A stretch of 64,000 nucleotides of DNA, taken from the NCBI GenBank assembly GCA_029717555.1, contig JAMDHS010000029.1, forward strand, positions 1 to 64,000, read 5' to 3'. Below, in pieces: positions 18,580-30,246 of the stretch (position 1 is its first letter; every line of letters begins with the position of its first letter). Below the pieces are notes generated by a model that saw only the letters and a list, made by a program, of their open reading frames with translations, searched no databases and had not been told where the DNA came from. The DNA comes from Peribolospora baueri (Eukaryota). The translations under genes and the position numbers were made by a program.

Positions 18580-21500
18580 TCAGGGCGCAGGCGCAGACGC
18601 AACCTCGCCTGCCGGCAGCGGTTCTTGTGGAGGCTCGTCGCCGAGCAACGAGCTTATCCGCACCACCAGCGCCGGCGGGAGCCCTCGTCCTTCGAGGCGC
18701 TTGACGAGCTCCTGCGCGCGGTCGCGGTTACCGGTGCCAAGCTCAGCGCGGACCATGACCTCGTAAGTGGATGGCTCGCGAAAGACGACCTCGTCGTCGA
18801 CGCCGTCCGGTCTCGGAGGAATGCTCGAGCCGTCGGAGGAGGACGTCGACTTGGCCACGTGGTTCCCAGGTGCGGCATGGCCAGCCGGGGCGTCGGCCAT
18901 GGAGTCGAAGATAGCGCGGGCCTCGTCGATCTTGTTGTCAGCGGCGTAACCCCTGATGAGGAGGTTGGCCTGTATACGGAAGAAGGAAAGGGGCGAGAAG
19001 ACGGCTAGCGGTCAGCGAAAGAAAGAATAAAAATTTATTGACGACAGAGGTAGGCAGTTTAAGGCCCAGCACCCACGATGTAGGCGGTCATGTGCACGCC
19101 GCTCTTCTTCAGCCGGTCCACATACTCCGGGATGAGGTCGGTACGGTGATGAGCGACAAAGACGTTCAACAGCGCCTCGAACGCGACCGCGTCCGGCAAG
19201 GGCGACACCGAGTCCCGACCCTGAGTCTGAGCGATGGTGGAAGGGTGGGTGGCGATGGAATCAAAGATCTCCCTCGCTTTTTCCAAGTCCTTCTTCACGC
19301 AACCCCACGAGTAGATCAAGCTGCCCCAATGAGTGCCCTGCACGCGCTCCTTTGGATCGGCCACGAGACGCTCGAACACGTCCGACAGGCTGTCCGAGTC
19401 GACCGGCTCGATGGTCCCGTAGGCGTCCATGAGGAGCTTGTAGGTGTGCGCGCTGGGCGACACGCCGGCCTTGAGCAAGGCGTCAAAGTAGTGGAGCACG
19501 CGCTCCCGGTCGGGCTTGCCGTGGATGTAGAACTGCATCATGGTGTTGTAGGGCGGCACGCGGGGCTTAAAGTTGGGTAGGCTGACCATGTCGTTGAAGA
19601 GCTGCGTCGCTATCTGCTCGTCGCCGATCCTCGCCACCGCGTTGATCAAGGCGCCGTAGGTGACACTGGTGGGGCGCAGGTGTGCCTGCTTCATCTGCTG
19701 GAACAGGTCGAGCGCGACGTCGGCCTTGCGGGCGCGGGAGAGCTTGGAGATGACGGTGTTGAAGAGGAACACGTTCGGACGGACGCCGAGGCGCTGGCTC
19801 TCCTCGAACAGGTCCCGAGCGACGCTCGCGTCGTCGGTCGTGTCGCGCACGTTGTTGACGAGCGCCGCGTACGCGTCGGCGCTCGGAGCGCCGCCAGCGT
19901 CGCGGATGCGGATGCGGTGCATGTTCGCCGCCTCGGGCTGACCGCCGTGAGCGAGGGCGATGATCATGCTGTCCTCGATGGCCAGCCAACCTTGCGATTG
20001 CCACGTCGCGTCGGACGCCAAGCTGGTGACCAGGTGCTGTCCGATCTGGTAGAGCTCCTGCACGCGATCCAATTTGCCCCCGCGACCGAGCGAGTTGATG
20101 AGCCTGGCGAGCGACTCGGGCGTCGGATAGACGCCTTCAGACACCGATTGCTTCAGCTGGTCGTACGCTTGATCCGCGTTGACGTTCATCCAGGGGCGGG
20201 AGTGAAGGTCGAGCCAGTTGGCGAGATCGGGATCGACGATGTTGACGGCGGGAAGGTCGGCAAAGGTCTGGGTAGGGAAAAAGGGGGTGGTGGTCGCGTC
20301 CGCGGGAAGCTCGGTGGTCGCGTCCAGCTCGTGCTGCTGTCGCAAATCACCACCATCCACCTCGGGCGAGCGAGGAGGGGACGTGAGCGTCGTCTCCTGC
20401 GAAGCAACGTCCGAAGCAGAAGAAAGCGCGTCGGAAGACGAAGGGGCCATGACCGAGTCTGTCTGGTCCGCCACCGCCTCCGTCGCCGTCGCCGCCGCGG
20501 CGGCGGGCAAAGGCTGAACGGAGCGCAAGTTCTCGGCGAGCGCGGGGTCGACGGCGGCCAACATCTCTGTGGCGGCCTCCTTTCCGCGGGTGCGCACGAG
20601 AACGCGAGCGGGATGCGTGAGGGAGATGTGCCAACTCTGGCCCTCGACGGCGGCCAAGTCCTTGAGCATGGTCTCGAAGGGGACGAGATCGACTGGCGCC
20701 GGGGCGGCAAAGGCAGAAGCGTCGCCGAGCTTGAGCGACTCGAGGGCGGTGTACGCGTGGAGGATCAAACTCCAGGCCTTAGAGGGCAGGGCGAGCTGCT
20801 TGGCGTCGCCGTTGGCCTCGGATCGAGCGATGGTGTAGATCTGCGCTATGCGTTGGCCGAAGATGGGCGGAAGTCGGGAGGGGAAGCGAAGGGGCGGGAA
20901 GAGGGAATTGGAGATCAGGGCGAGGAACTCGGCGGTGGGCTTGCGGTCGTGGACCTCGAGCACGCGCTCAAAGTCGTCGTCGAGCTTAATCCCGAGGATG
21001 GACGCGGCGGAGTGAAGGAAGTGAGCGACCCTGGGCCGTCGCACGTCGACGAGCGAGTCGTCATAGACGCGAACAGAGCACTGGCAGAAGACCTTGACGG
21101 CGTCGTTGATGCGTCCGAGCGCGACGAGGCGCTCGATGAGGATGCGGCCGTAGGTGTTGGGGAACTTTCTGTAGGTGCTGGTCTGCAGGGAATAGTAGCG
21201 GTCGAAGGTCTCCTCCGCTTGGAGCGCCTTGTCGAGCATGACGTTCGCCAAGGCGGTGTCGCCGGCTTCGAGGGCGGCGTCGGACGCGCGAGCGTTGGCA
21301 CGAATGACGGCGAGGCAGGAGCCGACGCGAAGTTTGACGTTGTCGACGGAAGCGCGTTCGATGGCGAGATGGAAGATGCGGTTGACTTCGTCGACGTGAG
21401 AGGGAGAGGCATGAGAGATATGCTCTATCATCAGGTTGAAAAGGTTCTCGTCTGGCCGTGGGATGGACACGTCCATCGGTGACGTCTCGAGGACGGCCTG

Positions 21501-23153
21501 AAGGCGGTCGAACCACTTGACGGCGGTGTCGTAATCGCCAATGTCGAGGAAACCGCGGATGACGTAGTAATAAGTCAAGGCCGTTGGCACTGGCGGGTCT
21601 CCGGCGACGAGCTGCTCCCCTCTCGCTTTCCTCTCCAGGCTGCCCACCATCTCCTCGACGAGGGCGACGGCGCCGGCCGAGTCGCCATTGGAGAAGAGGG
21701 CGGTAATCATGCGCTCCCAGACGTTCCTGCCCTTGACGGTATACTTGTCAGACTCGTACTCCTCCTTGAAGAAGGCGCGGAACTCGTCGAAGATGAACCG
21801 GGCGTCCTTCATGTGGCCAGCGCGAGCGTAGGCGGAGAGGAGCCAACCGTAGGAGTGGGGGTCGGGCGAGACGTAGAGGTCCGCCTCAAGGCGGGCGAAC
21901 ACGCGACGGGCGTCCTCGAACCTGCCCTGTTTGGCGCACGCGTTGAGAAGGCAGTTGTAGGCGATCAAGCTCAGCGGCTGGGGGCGTTCAGCGGAGATGG
22001 CGGTGAAGAGGCGAAGCGCCTCGTCGAGCTTGGAGTGTTTCTCATAGAGCTGCTCGGTGTCCCACGAGCCTGGCGTGTCATCGAATTCCGACGCGTCGTC
22101 CGAGACGGACGCCGAGTCTTCCTCGGCCGCGGCGTCGGCCTGTGCCGGCTTGCCCTGGCCTAAGAGGGCGGCCTCCATGGCCCTGGTGCGCTTGCGAGAC
22201 TGGGCCTTGGCATGCATCCTGCTGAGCTCGATGTCTCTCTTAGCGAGGGCTTCGAGGATGAGGCTGAAGGTGCGCTTGTTGGGCTGGACGTCCTTGTTGA
22301 GCATGTCGGAGTAGATGTCGGTAATCGGCGTGAGGGGGTCTTCGAAGTTGTGAACGACGACGAGGGCCTCGATGGCCATGTTGAACAGCGTCACGTCCTG
22401 TTCCTCGACGGGCAGCTTGCGGAAGGCGGACACCTCCTTCTTGATGAGCTCGATGTCCCGACGCTGGGCGGCGAACATGAGAGCGCGATACCTCTTCATG
22501 CCGGCCTTTTCCTTTTCCGCCCTGATTTGTGACCTGGGTCTGCGGTCCGGGGTATCAGAAGACGGTGTGGGGGTAGGAGAGGCGGAAGACGGGGTGTCAT
22601 GGTCGTGCTCCGTCGTGTTCGGCACCGCGTTCTCGTCCTCCTCCGACGCGAGTCTCTCTTTCTTCTCTTCCCCGGCCTCGGCGAGGAAACTCTTCCCTCG
22701 GCCGTCGCCGTCGCCCTCTCTCGCGCCCTCGACCTGGCCCTCGCCCTCGCCGCCGACTTGCGCTTCGTCGGACTGGGCGGCGCTGAAGGCATGCCGCCAT
22801 CTCGCCTGGGCCTCGGCGCTGGTGAGGACGAGGTGAGGGCCGTCTGGGCCTCCGGAGGAAAGGATCAAGGCGCCGGTGCTGCGGGCGTCGCCGTAGGTGA
22901 AGCTGCTGCGCCGATCTCGGAGGCGGCTGTGGGCGGGGTAGCGGGAAGGAGGGTCGAGGGAGTTGTTGGAGGAGGCGGCGGCAGCGCCGGCTCGCTTGCG
23001 CTGCTCCTCGCGATCATCGTCCCTGGTGGCGGAGGTGAGGAGAGGGGCGACGTCGGAGGCGCTCTCCCTGGCGCCGTAGTAGAAGGCCTTGCCGGCCTTC
23101 TTGGAGGTGAGGGGGATGCGGGAGGCCTTGAAGTAGGCGGTGGGGCGGAACAT
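18580..23153 (-). CDS. Large pentatricopeptide-repeat (PPR) protein, probably mitochondrial; ~4.1-kb first exon and one intron (~18971-19076)
   Basis: Tandem ~35-aa PPR motifs: AYNCLLNACAKQGRFEDARRVF, PNVFLFNTVISKLSRARKADVALDLFQQM, PTSVTYGALINAVARIGD, PPYNTMMQFY, PSAHTYKLLMDAYG, EPSTYEVMVRAELG. Confidence 0.9.
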
Positions 23154-24000
23154 GACTGTGCCGCTCGGTGGTCAGCGGGAGAAGCGTGCCGTGGGCACTG
23201 CAGCCGCCGCCGTGGTGTGGTCGGTGGTGGTGGGGCTGTGGCTGTGGATGTGGACGTGCGAGGAAGTGAAGGTGTATGTGACGTGTATGTGATGCGTGTG
23301 GAATGTGTATGCGGATGCGGACGTCGTGGTCGTGGTCGCCTTCTTCTTCGTGGTCGTCTTCTTCTTCTTCTTCGTCTTCGTCGTCGTCGTCGTCGTCCTC
23401 CGCCTCCTCCTGGTCGTCGTTGCGCAGTTAGCTAACTTGTTCTTCCTTTCTCCGGTCTGGCCGGGGCGAGGTTCGAGTGAGAAGTCGAGTGTCGTCGATT
23501 CGATTCGAAGTCGTGCGGACGACGGACGAAAGAGTTTTCTTAAGGCCTTCGAGTTCACTTGCTGCGGCGTCCCGGCCCTTCCCTCCCTTCGCCCGTTTCC
23601 TTCCGCGCCGCCGCGTCACCGTCACCGTTCGGCAGGGCGGCCATGGACAAGAGATAATGGATGGGCGCCGAGCCGAGCACGTGACCGGTGACGACCATCC
23701 ACGGCCGTCGACCCTCCCCTCGGCCATTACCGTCGGCCGGCTGTCCGTCGAGCACAGCCCAGCGAGGGAGTGGAGTAGGCAGTGACGATCGATCCACCGC
23801 TTTTTCTGGAATGGAACGAATCGAGCGCAAGGGGCGGGCGGGTGGGGGACGGAGGGAGGGGAGGGAGCGACGGCCACCCTTACCTGACAACGTCGGTCGT
23901 TGCGTTGCGTGTATAAATAAATAAATGATCGATCTCCGATTCTTTGCTTCCCGAGTTCGACAACAGACAGACAGACAGAGCCAGACGATCCAACCCTCAA

Positions 24001-24772
24001 ATGGCCACCGTCTTTCATTCCCCTCCGTACGCGACGGCGCTCGGCCTCGGCCTGTGAGTGCCAGTCTGCCTTCCTAGCCCGCCCCCAATCTCACTCACCC
24101 CTTTCCGCCCGCCAGCGCATCGACGACCTACTTCTTCTGGAGCAACTTGGGCCAGGCGTTCACGGGCATCGTCCCCGCCATCCAAGACGAGCGCAACGCG
24201 CTGGCCTGGGCAGACAGGGTCAAGCTGTGGGCCTGGTTCTACAAGCATGCGTCTGTGCGTTGTGTTCTCCGTCTCTTTCCACCTTGACTTTCGGCGAAGC
24301 GACATGATATCTCATCCCTTTCTTCCGTCGCCCCCTTACGCCCACCAGCGACACATGGCTCCCGCGGCGGCCGTCGGGTTTCTTTCCCATCTCGTCGCCG
24401 CCGCGCTCCAGCCATCCAGTTCCAACCTCCGTTCTGTCTTCTTCTTCGCCGCGGGCGTCGGCATCAGCGTCGTGCCCTTCACTCTCCTAGCCTGTCAGTT
24501 CGGTTGCCCCGAGTGGCGATGCGATTCGCCCAACGCGCACCACGTCGTGCTCACTTGCTCTTTCTGTCTACGCTCCACCAGTGAAACCCATCAACGACCG
24601 ATTGGAGCAGCTCGCCTCGCGCAGCCGAGAGAAGAAGGACGCGCTGACCGAGGCGGAAGAGAGCGAGGCCAAGACGCTGATCGATAGCTGGCGCAAGCGT
24701 CACCGCGTTCGCATCCTCCTCGGTGCCGCGGCCTGGGTGCTCAGCGTGGAGGCGCTGCTCTTGTCTATTTGA
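24001..24772 (+). CDS. DUF1772 / anthrone-oxygenase-like small membrane protein; 3 introns
   Basis: Spliced product MATVFHSPPYATALGLGL...VKLWAWFYK...VVPFTLLALKPINDRL...AKTLIDSWRKRHRVRILLGAAAW matches the P.T...KP.N..L / W...H..R pattern. Confidence 0.7.
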
Positions 24773-25185
24773 AGACTGGCGTCGGATCTGTACTTGGAAA
24801 TTGAAATGGAAATGAAATGGATTTGGATTTGGATTTGGACTTGGGCTTGACATGCACGACTGACTCGTCGACCGACGCCCGCACCGACTCGACCGACTCG
24901 ATGATCGGTGCCACGTGGCCAGCCGCAGCAAGTTACTTCGCTCGAAGAAACCAGACTCGGGGGCGAGTCGAGGTCGAATGACAGACAAAGACAGAAGAAG
25001 AAGCACGTCGTCCGGTTCATCTTCTTCCTCCATCTCATCCACACTCGTCCCTTTCCTTCTCGCCCCGCCCTCTCCTTCGACGTCGCTAGCGTATAGATCA
25101 CACCGTCACCTCCGTTTCATTCACCCTCGGATCTCCCCTCCCTTACCGTTCGCGCCTCCCGCTGCTTTGTAGCACGACATCGCAC

Positions 25186-26498
25186 ATGGCTGTCCGTGAG
25201 TGCGCGCGAACGCAAGCGGCGCGGCGGATCGACGGCGTAGGCTAACGCTATGGGATCCGTTTTGTTTTGTTTTGTTTTGTTTTGTTTTGTTTTTCTTTTT
25301 CTTCTTGCTTAGGTACACAGTTCGAAAACAGCTCCGAGGTCGGCGTCTTCTCCAAGCTGACCAACGGGTACGTCCATTCCTCCCTTCGCCCGCGCCCTTG
25401 TTCGGCTAGCGTTGACGTCTCCTTCTTTCTTTCTTTCTTTTTCGCGCATCTCCCGCAGCTATTGTCTCGTCGCTATCGGCGGCTCGGCCAACTTTTACAG
25501 CACCTTTGAGGCAGAGCTGGCCGATGTCATTCCCGGTGCGTCCGCGTTATTGTCGTGGAGCGAGGGGGCGTGGAGGACGATGGACGGCTGACGCGCCGCC
25601 CGGTTGTGCTTGCGCTTGCAGTCGTTCACACCTCGATCGCCGGCACGCGCATCGTCGGTCGGCTGACCGCCGGAAACCGACACGGCCTTCTGGTGCCGTC
25701 GACGACGACGGACCAGGAATTGCAGCACCTGCGCAACTCGTTGCCGGACTCGGTGTCCATCCAGAGGGTCGAGGAGCGATTGTCGGCGTTGGGAAACGTG
25801 ATTGCGGCGAATGATTATGTGGCGCTGGTACACCCGGACGTGGACCGAGAGACGGAGGAGATCATCGCCGACGTGCTCAAGGTCGAGGTGTTCAGACAGA
25901 CGATCGCAGACCAGGTCCTTGTGGGCAGCTACTGCGCGCTGACCAACCAGGGCGGCCTGGTGCATCCCAAGACAAGCATCCAGGACCAGGACGAGTTGAG
26001 CTCGCTGTTGCAGGTGCCGTTGGTGGTGAGTTGTCGTTGTCGTTGTTGTTGTCCTCGTCCTCGTCCTCGTCTCACGCCTTACATCCGCCGTCCTCCTAGG
26101 CCGGCTCAGTAAACCGAGGAAGCCCAGTGATCGCCGGTGGGATGGTGGTGAACGATTGGAGCGCGTTCACAGGGACCGAAACGACGGCGACCGAGTTGAG
26201 CGTCGTCGAGGCGACGTTCAGTGAGTTCCCGAGCGGGCGGGCGGGCGAGAGGGTTGGTTCTTCTGGCTGACACGGCGCTCCTTTGTGCCCTTGCCGCCGC
26301 CGCTGTCTTTGCTTTCTTTCCCCCCAGAGCTACAGGGCCAAGAGTCGACGGCGATCGTCACCGACATGCGGGATGGTGAGCAGCGTTGCCGGGGCCGATA
26401 TGGGCGCCCTTCGTCGTCATCGTCGTCGTCCCATCTGACCGTGTCGTTGTTTCTTTCCGCTTATCGCCTCGACAGCTCTCGTCGACGCATACGCATGA
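25186..26498 (+). CDS. TIF6: Eukaryotic translation initiation factor 6
   Basis: [21 protein letters not shown]...[21 protein letters not shown]...[22 protein letters not shown]...AGSVNRGS. Ends RDALVDAYA*. Confidence 0.95.
25259..25292. repeat. (TTTTG)n microsatellite in eIF6 intron 1
   Basis: About six GTTTT units read directly from the sequence. Confidence 0.85.
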
Positions 26499-27789
26499 GA
26501 ACCCGGCCCGACCGACGGTGGCCGACGGTTGGCTTTGGCTCTCCTTTCTTTCGTCCTCGCTCGCGCGTTTGCCCCGTCTTTCCTTCCTTCCTTCCTTTGT
26601 TTGTTTGTTTCGTCGCTGCATACGCACGCACGCACATACGGATCACGTCTTCGGCCCTGCTCAGCTCAGCCAGTCGGTCTTGCAATGCAATGCAATCCGC
26701 TGTCATCCAAACAGACAGTCCGAGTGCGAGTGCGAGTCGGAAAGCGAGCGTGTCGAAGGAAGCGAAGCGTCCAAAAAAAACAAAAACAAGAAAAGGAAAA
26801 ACAAAAGGGAAGAAAAAAAAGTGGAGGAGAAGGAGAACGAGGAAAAGAAGGAGGTGCATAGCAAGCAAACAGCGTCATACTACACCAGCCCCACACCAGC
26901 CCACACCAAGCCCATACGAGACGAGACGAGACGGGGGCAGGCGGTTGCGAGGACGGCGTAGTGCGTGGTACCGCTTGCGCTGTCCTTATCGAGCGGGGCG
27001 TCGTCCTTTTTTTTGGATTGGATTGGATTGTTTTTGCTGTGCTTTGCTATGCTATGCTACGCTATGTGTGTGCGTGCGTGTCAATACAAACCGGATGGAC
27101 CTGCTTCCCGACCGAAGCCGTCGTTCGAGTCGTTCGAGTCGTTCAAGTCCGACTCCGAGTCCGAGTCCGAGCCCGTCGGTCGTCCCAGTGGCGCGGGCTG
27201 CGGATGCACGAGGCAGTGGAGTGAGTGACTCGGGTGGCGCTAACGGAAGCGTGTGTGTGTATTGTGTGTGTATGTGTGTAGGCACGCCCACGTGGCATTC
27301 CATCCTTCCTCCACTCTTCTTTCGACGCCACAAGCTCACCCACTCGAGTGCCATGCTCACTCCCATTCCCGTCCGCCGATGGTCGCACGCCGCCCCGCAC
27401 TACGGTGCATAGGCGGACGCGAGCACACAGACACACACAGCTAAGTGATGACCGGAGCCGACGCGGGTCAAGCTAAGCCGTCTCCTTCCATTCGTCTCGA
27501 GACCGCCAGTCACGCTCACCTCGGCGTTCGTCGCTTCCCCCGCGAGTCAGACTGACAGATAGAAAGACAAAAAAGGGACGGCTCGCTGGCTCCCTCCTTT
27601 CAACACAACCACGACCATGACGTAGTAGCCTCCCTTCCCCTTTCCCTCCTCCGCACACGCCACGCCACCGACGCCACCCCTTTGTCCCTCCCTACCACCG
27701 CCTTCCCGGCCACGATCCCTCCTCCCTCCTCCCTCCTCCCCGTCCCAACTCTAACTTCCTCCGACCACCTCACCCGCCCACCTGACAAC

Positions 27790-28381
27790 ATGAGCATGTT
27801 TCCCCCCCAGCTCTACGCTGGCCCACCCAGCTACGGCGGCCAATGGGGTGGCGGCGGTCCGATGTACGGCTACGGAGGGAATTACTCCGGCTCGGGATCG
27901 GATGCGCTGCTCATGGGTGAGTTTGTTGACGTCCCTTCATCCCTCGGACACTTTTTTCTTTCTTTCTTTTGTATCCCGTACGCTGACCGTCCTCCTTACA
28001 CTCCTCGCTCCAGTCTTCTTCTTCGCCCTCCTCGTCACCGTCTGCGTCCCCCTCTACGTCAACCTCATTGCGCCCGCCATACCGAGGCCGCTGACCGAGG
28101 AGGAAAAGAAAAAGAAGGAGGAGGAGGAGAAAAAGAAGAAAGAGGAGGAGGAGAAGAAGAAAAAGGAGGAAGAGGAGAAGAAGAAAAAGGAGGAAGAGGA
28201 GAAGAAGAAAAAAGAGGAAGAAGAGAAAAAGAAAAAGGAGGAGGAGAAGAGGCAGGAGGTAGTCAACATCTTCAAGTCCTTACTCTACGCCGGCGGCAGG
28301 GACCACTACTACGGCGGCGGCAACGGTTATTGGTGTGACCCGTATTATGCCTACGAATGGCCCTACCCGTACGGCTCGTGA
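27790..28381 (+). CDS. Orphan small protein: Gly/Tyr-rich N-terminus, one TM helix, (EEEEKKKK)n tract, Gly/Tyr-rich C-terminus; 1 intron (~27917-28013)
   Basis: ATG at 27790. A GTGAGT...CTGAC...CAG intron joins MSMFPPQLYAGPPSYGG...DALLM to VFFFALLVTVCVPLYVNLIAPAIPRPLTEEEKKKK..., which ends PYPYGS*. Confidence 0.6.
28097..28249 (+). repeat. Coding 24-bp tandem repeat, about 6 units, encoding EEEEKKKK
   Basis: GAG/GAA and AAG/AAA codons vary between units while the peptide is kept. Confidence 0.9.
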
Positions 28382-29084
28382 GCGGACGAGATAGACACCA
28401 GCCCGCACCCACGAGCAGATCCACTCTGGACGGCGGCCAGCCATGGCCATCCCCGCCGTCCGTCCATCCAGGCCGACCACCGTCTCTTCTTCTCGGCCGG
28501 ACGCCCACGACGCCGCCCGCCCCGCCCCGCCGCTCGGACGCACGCACGTCCACCGTCGCCCTGGGCTGTTGGGAATGCAGTACTCACAGTACTTGAATTG
28601 TGCGCCGTCTCCATTTGTTAGTCACTTACTCCGACGTCCTCAAGGGCGGCCGGTAGGATGGATAGGAGAGGAGGCGATGTGATGGGACACGTCCGATTGG
28701 GACACGGCACAATCAGATGATACGTTACGACATGTTACGATAGGATACGCTACCACCTCACTCCCTGATCTCCCTGATCCCCTTCTCTCCCTTCCCACCG
28801 GCCACCGGCCCTTTCATCCGGCGCGAGCGCTCGCTCGCCTTGTCTTCCGAACCGTGAATTCAATCCCCTTTGTCTCCGGCCTACCTGCGTAGGCACAACA
28901 CACCCCGCGAGTGCGTGTGAGAGTGTAACCGGCTGGACCTGTCTGTCCCCAGGCGGAGCGGGTTTTTTTTTTTTTTTATACAAACGATCCGATCGATGTA
29001 AAACCGAACAAACAACGCCCCCATCCACCCATCCACAGACAGGGTCATCGCAACCGACCGGGTGCAGTCATTCATCGGTCCCTC

Positions 29085-29137
29085 CATCCGTCCGTCCATC
29101 CGTCCGTCCGTCCGTCCGTCCGTCCATCCGTCCGTCT
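29085..29137. repeat. (CCGT/CCAT)n tetranucleotide microsatellite abutting the AT-rich island
   Basis: TCCATCCGTCCGTCCATCCGTCCGTCCGTCCG... read directly from the sequence. Confidence 0.85.
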
Positions 29138-29143
29138 GTCTCA

Positions 29144-29645
29144 TTAGAATACAAATACAAATGCACTTGCGGCTAAGAAGAATAGGAAGATACATAGTTA
29201 CAAGATCTTTGAATGGTAAAGTAAGTGGTGTGAATAGCGACAATTTCCCCCAATAATAATAAGATAGAGAATTGACTAATGAAAATGAAGGTTGCAGATC
29301 GCAGACAGAGCTTGGCCTTGTAAAGAAATATCACTTAACAAAATAAATGTAGGTTATTATCGTGTGCGTCGCGCGGTGCGCGTAAAATTGATCACGATAT
29401 TTTAATGCTGCTTTCTAGTTGTTAAGTCAGGATCGTTACGTTATTGTAATTCATAAATTTGAATAATTTGAGTCTTGTAAGTGGGATTAAACCTATTTGG
29501 TAAACGAACTTTGCCAACTCTAGAAGAATTTATTTATACGATATTAGCAGTGATATAAAAATGACCCGATTTAGTCTGTTTAACTTTACCCCATTTCAAG
29601 TTTAAGAAGCAAATAATAAGATAGAGGAGGATATTTGTATTTTAA
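29144..29645. mobile_element. AT-rich island, possible MITE or transposon relic
   Basis: Abrupt AT-rich ~500 bp in GC-rich flanks. The ends TTAGAATACAAATA (29144-29157) and TATTTGTATTTTAA (29632-29645) form a 13/14 inverted repeat. AATAATAAGATAGAG is directly repeated at 29255 and 29612. No transposase ORF. Confidence 0.35.
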
Positions 29646-30246
29646 GCCCAAGTTTCATAAATATCGAATTATATGTTTCTCACAGGGGCCGCCTGGGGAA
29701 AGGGTGGCTGGCGCGCACGTGATGGATTTGATCGACTTGCCGGATGCGGGGAAGGGGGGGAGGAGGGGGAGAGAGTGACGATGACGATGGCGGGTCGGAC
29801 GCCGGACCGGTGCGACTGATGCGACTGATGCAAGACAGCGATTGCCGGCGGCGATTAGGGGCGGATGAGAAGGGGAGGGACGGAGGAGAGGGGGGCACGA
29901 AGATTTGCGAAGGATGAGCGGAGACCGCTTTGATCTCCTTCTCTTTTCTTTGCGAACGGAGGACGTCGAGACGACGTAGGTATATAAACTGATGCGGACG
30001 CCGGCGACGCTCGCTTGCGTCGGTTTTCCCCACTTTGCCTTACTTCTTTCCCTTCCTTTCCCCCACGTCCGGACCTTCTCCTCATCCCTCGCACGCTCTC
30101 CTTCCTTCCTCCAACGACCAGTCCAGGCACTCGTCTGTCTCTCTGTCTGGACCTGGCTTGGCTTGGCTTCGCTTGCCTCGACTTGACTTGTCTTGCCTCG
30201 ACTCGACTTGGGCTTGCCTCGCCCGCTCGCTCACCCAACGCTCGCC

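Noticed and set aside
19680..21482. 600-aa plus-strand ORF, and similar long antisense ORFs elsewhere
   Set aside because: It is the antisense shadow of the GC3-rich PPR exon and has no recognisable motifs.
26285..27412. 375-aa ORF downstream of eIF6
   Set aside because: It runs through eIF6 introns, the last exon and microsatellite-rich 3' sequence. The product is low-complexity, with no evidence it is a gene.
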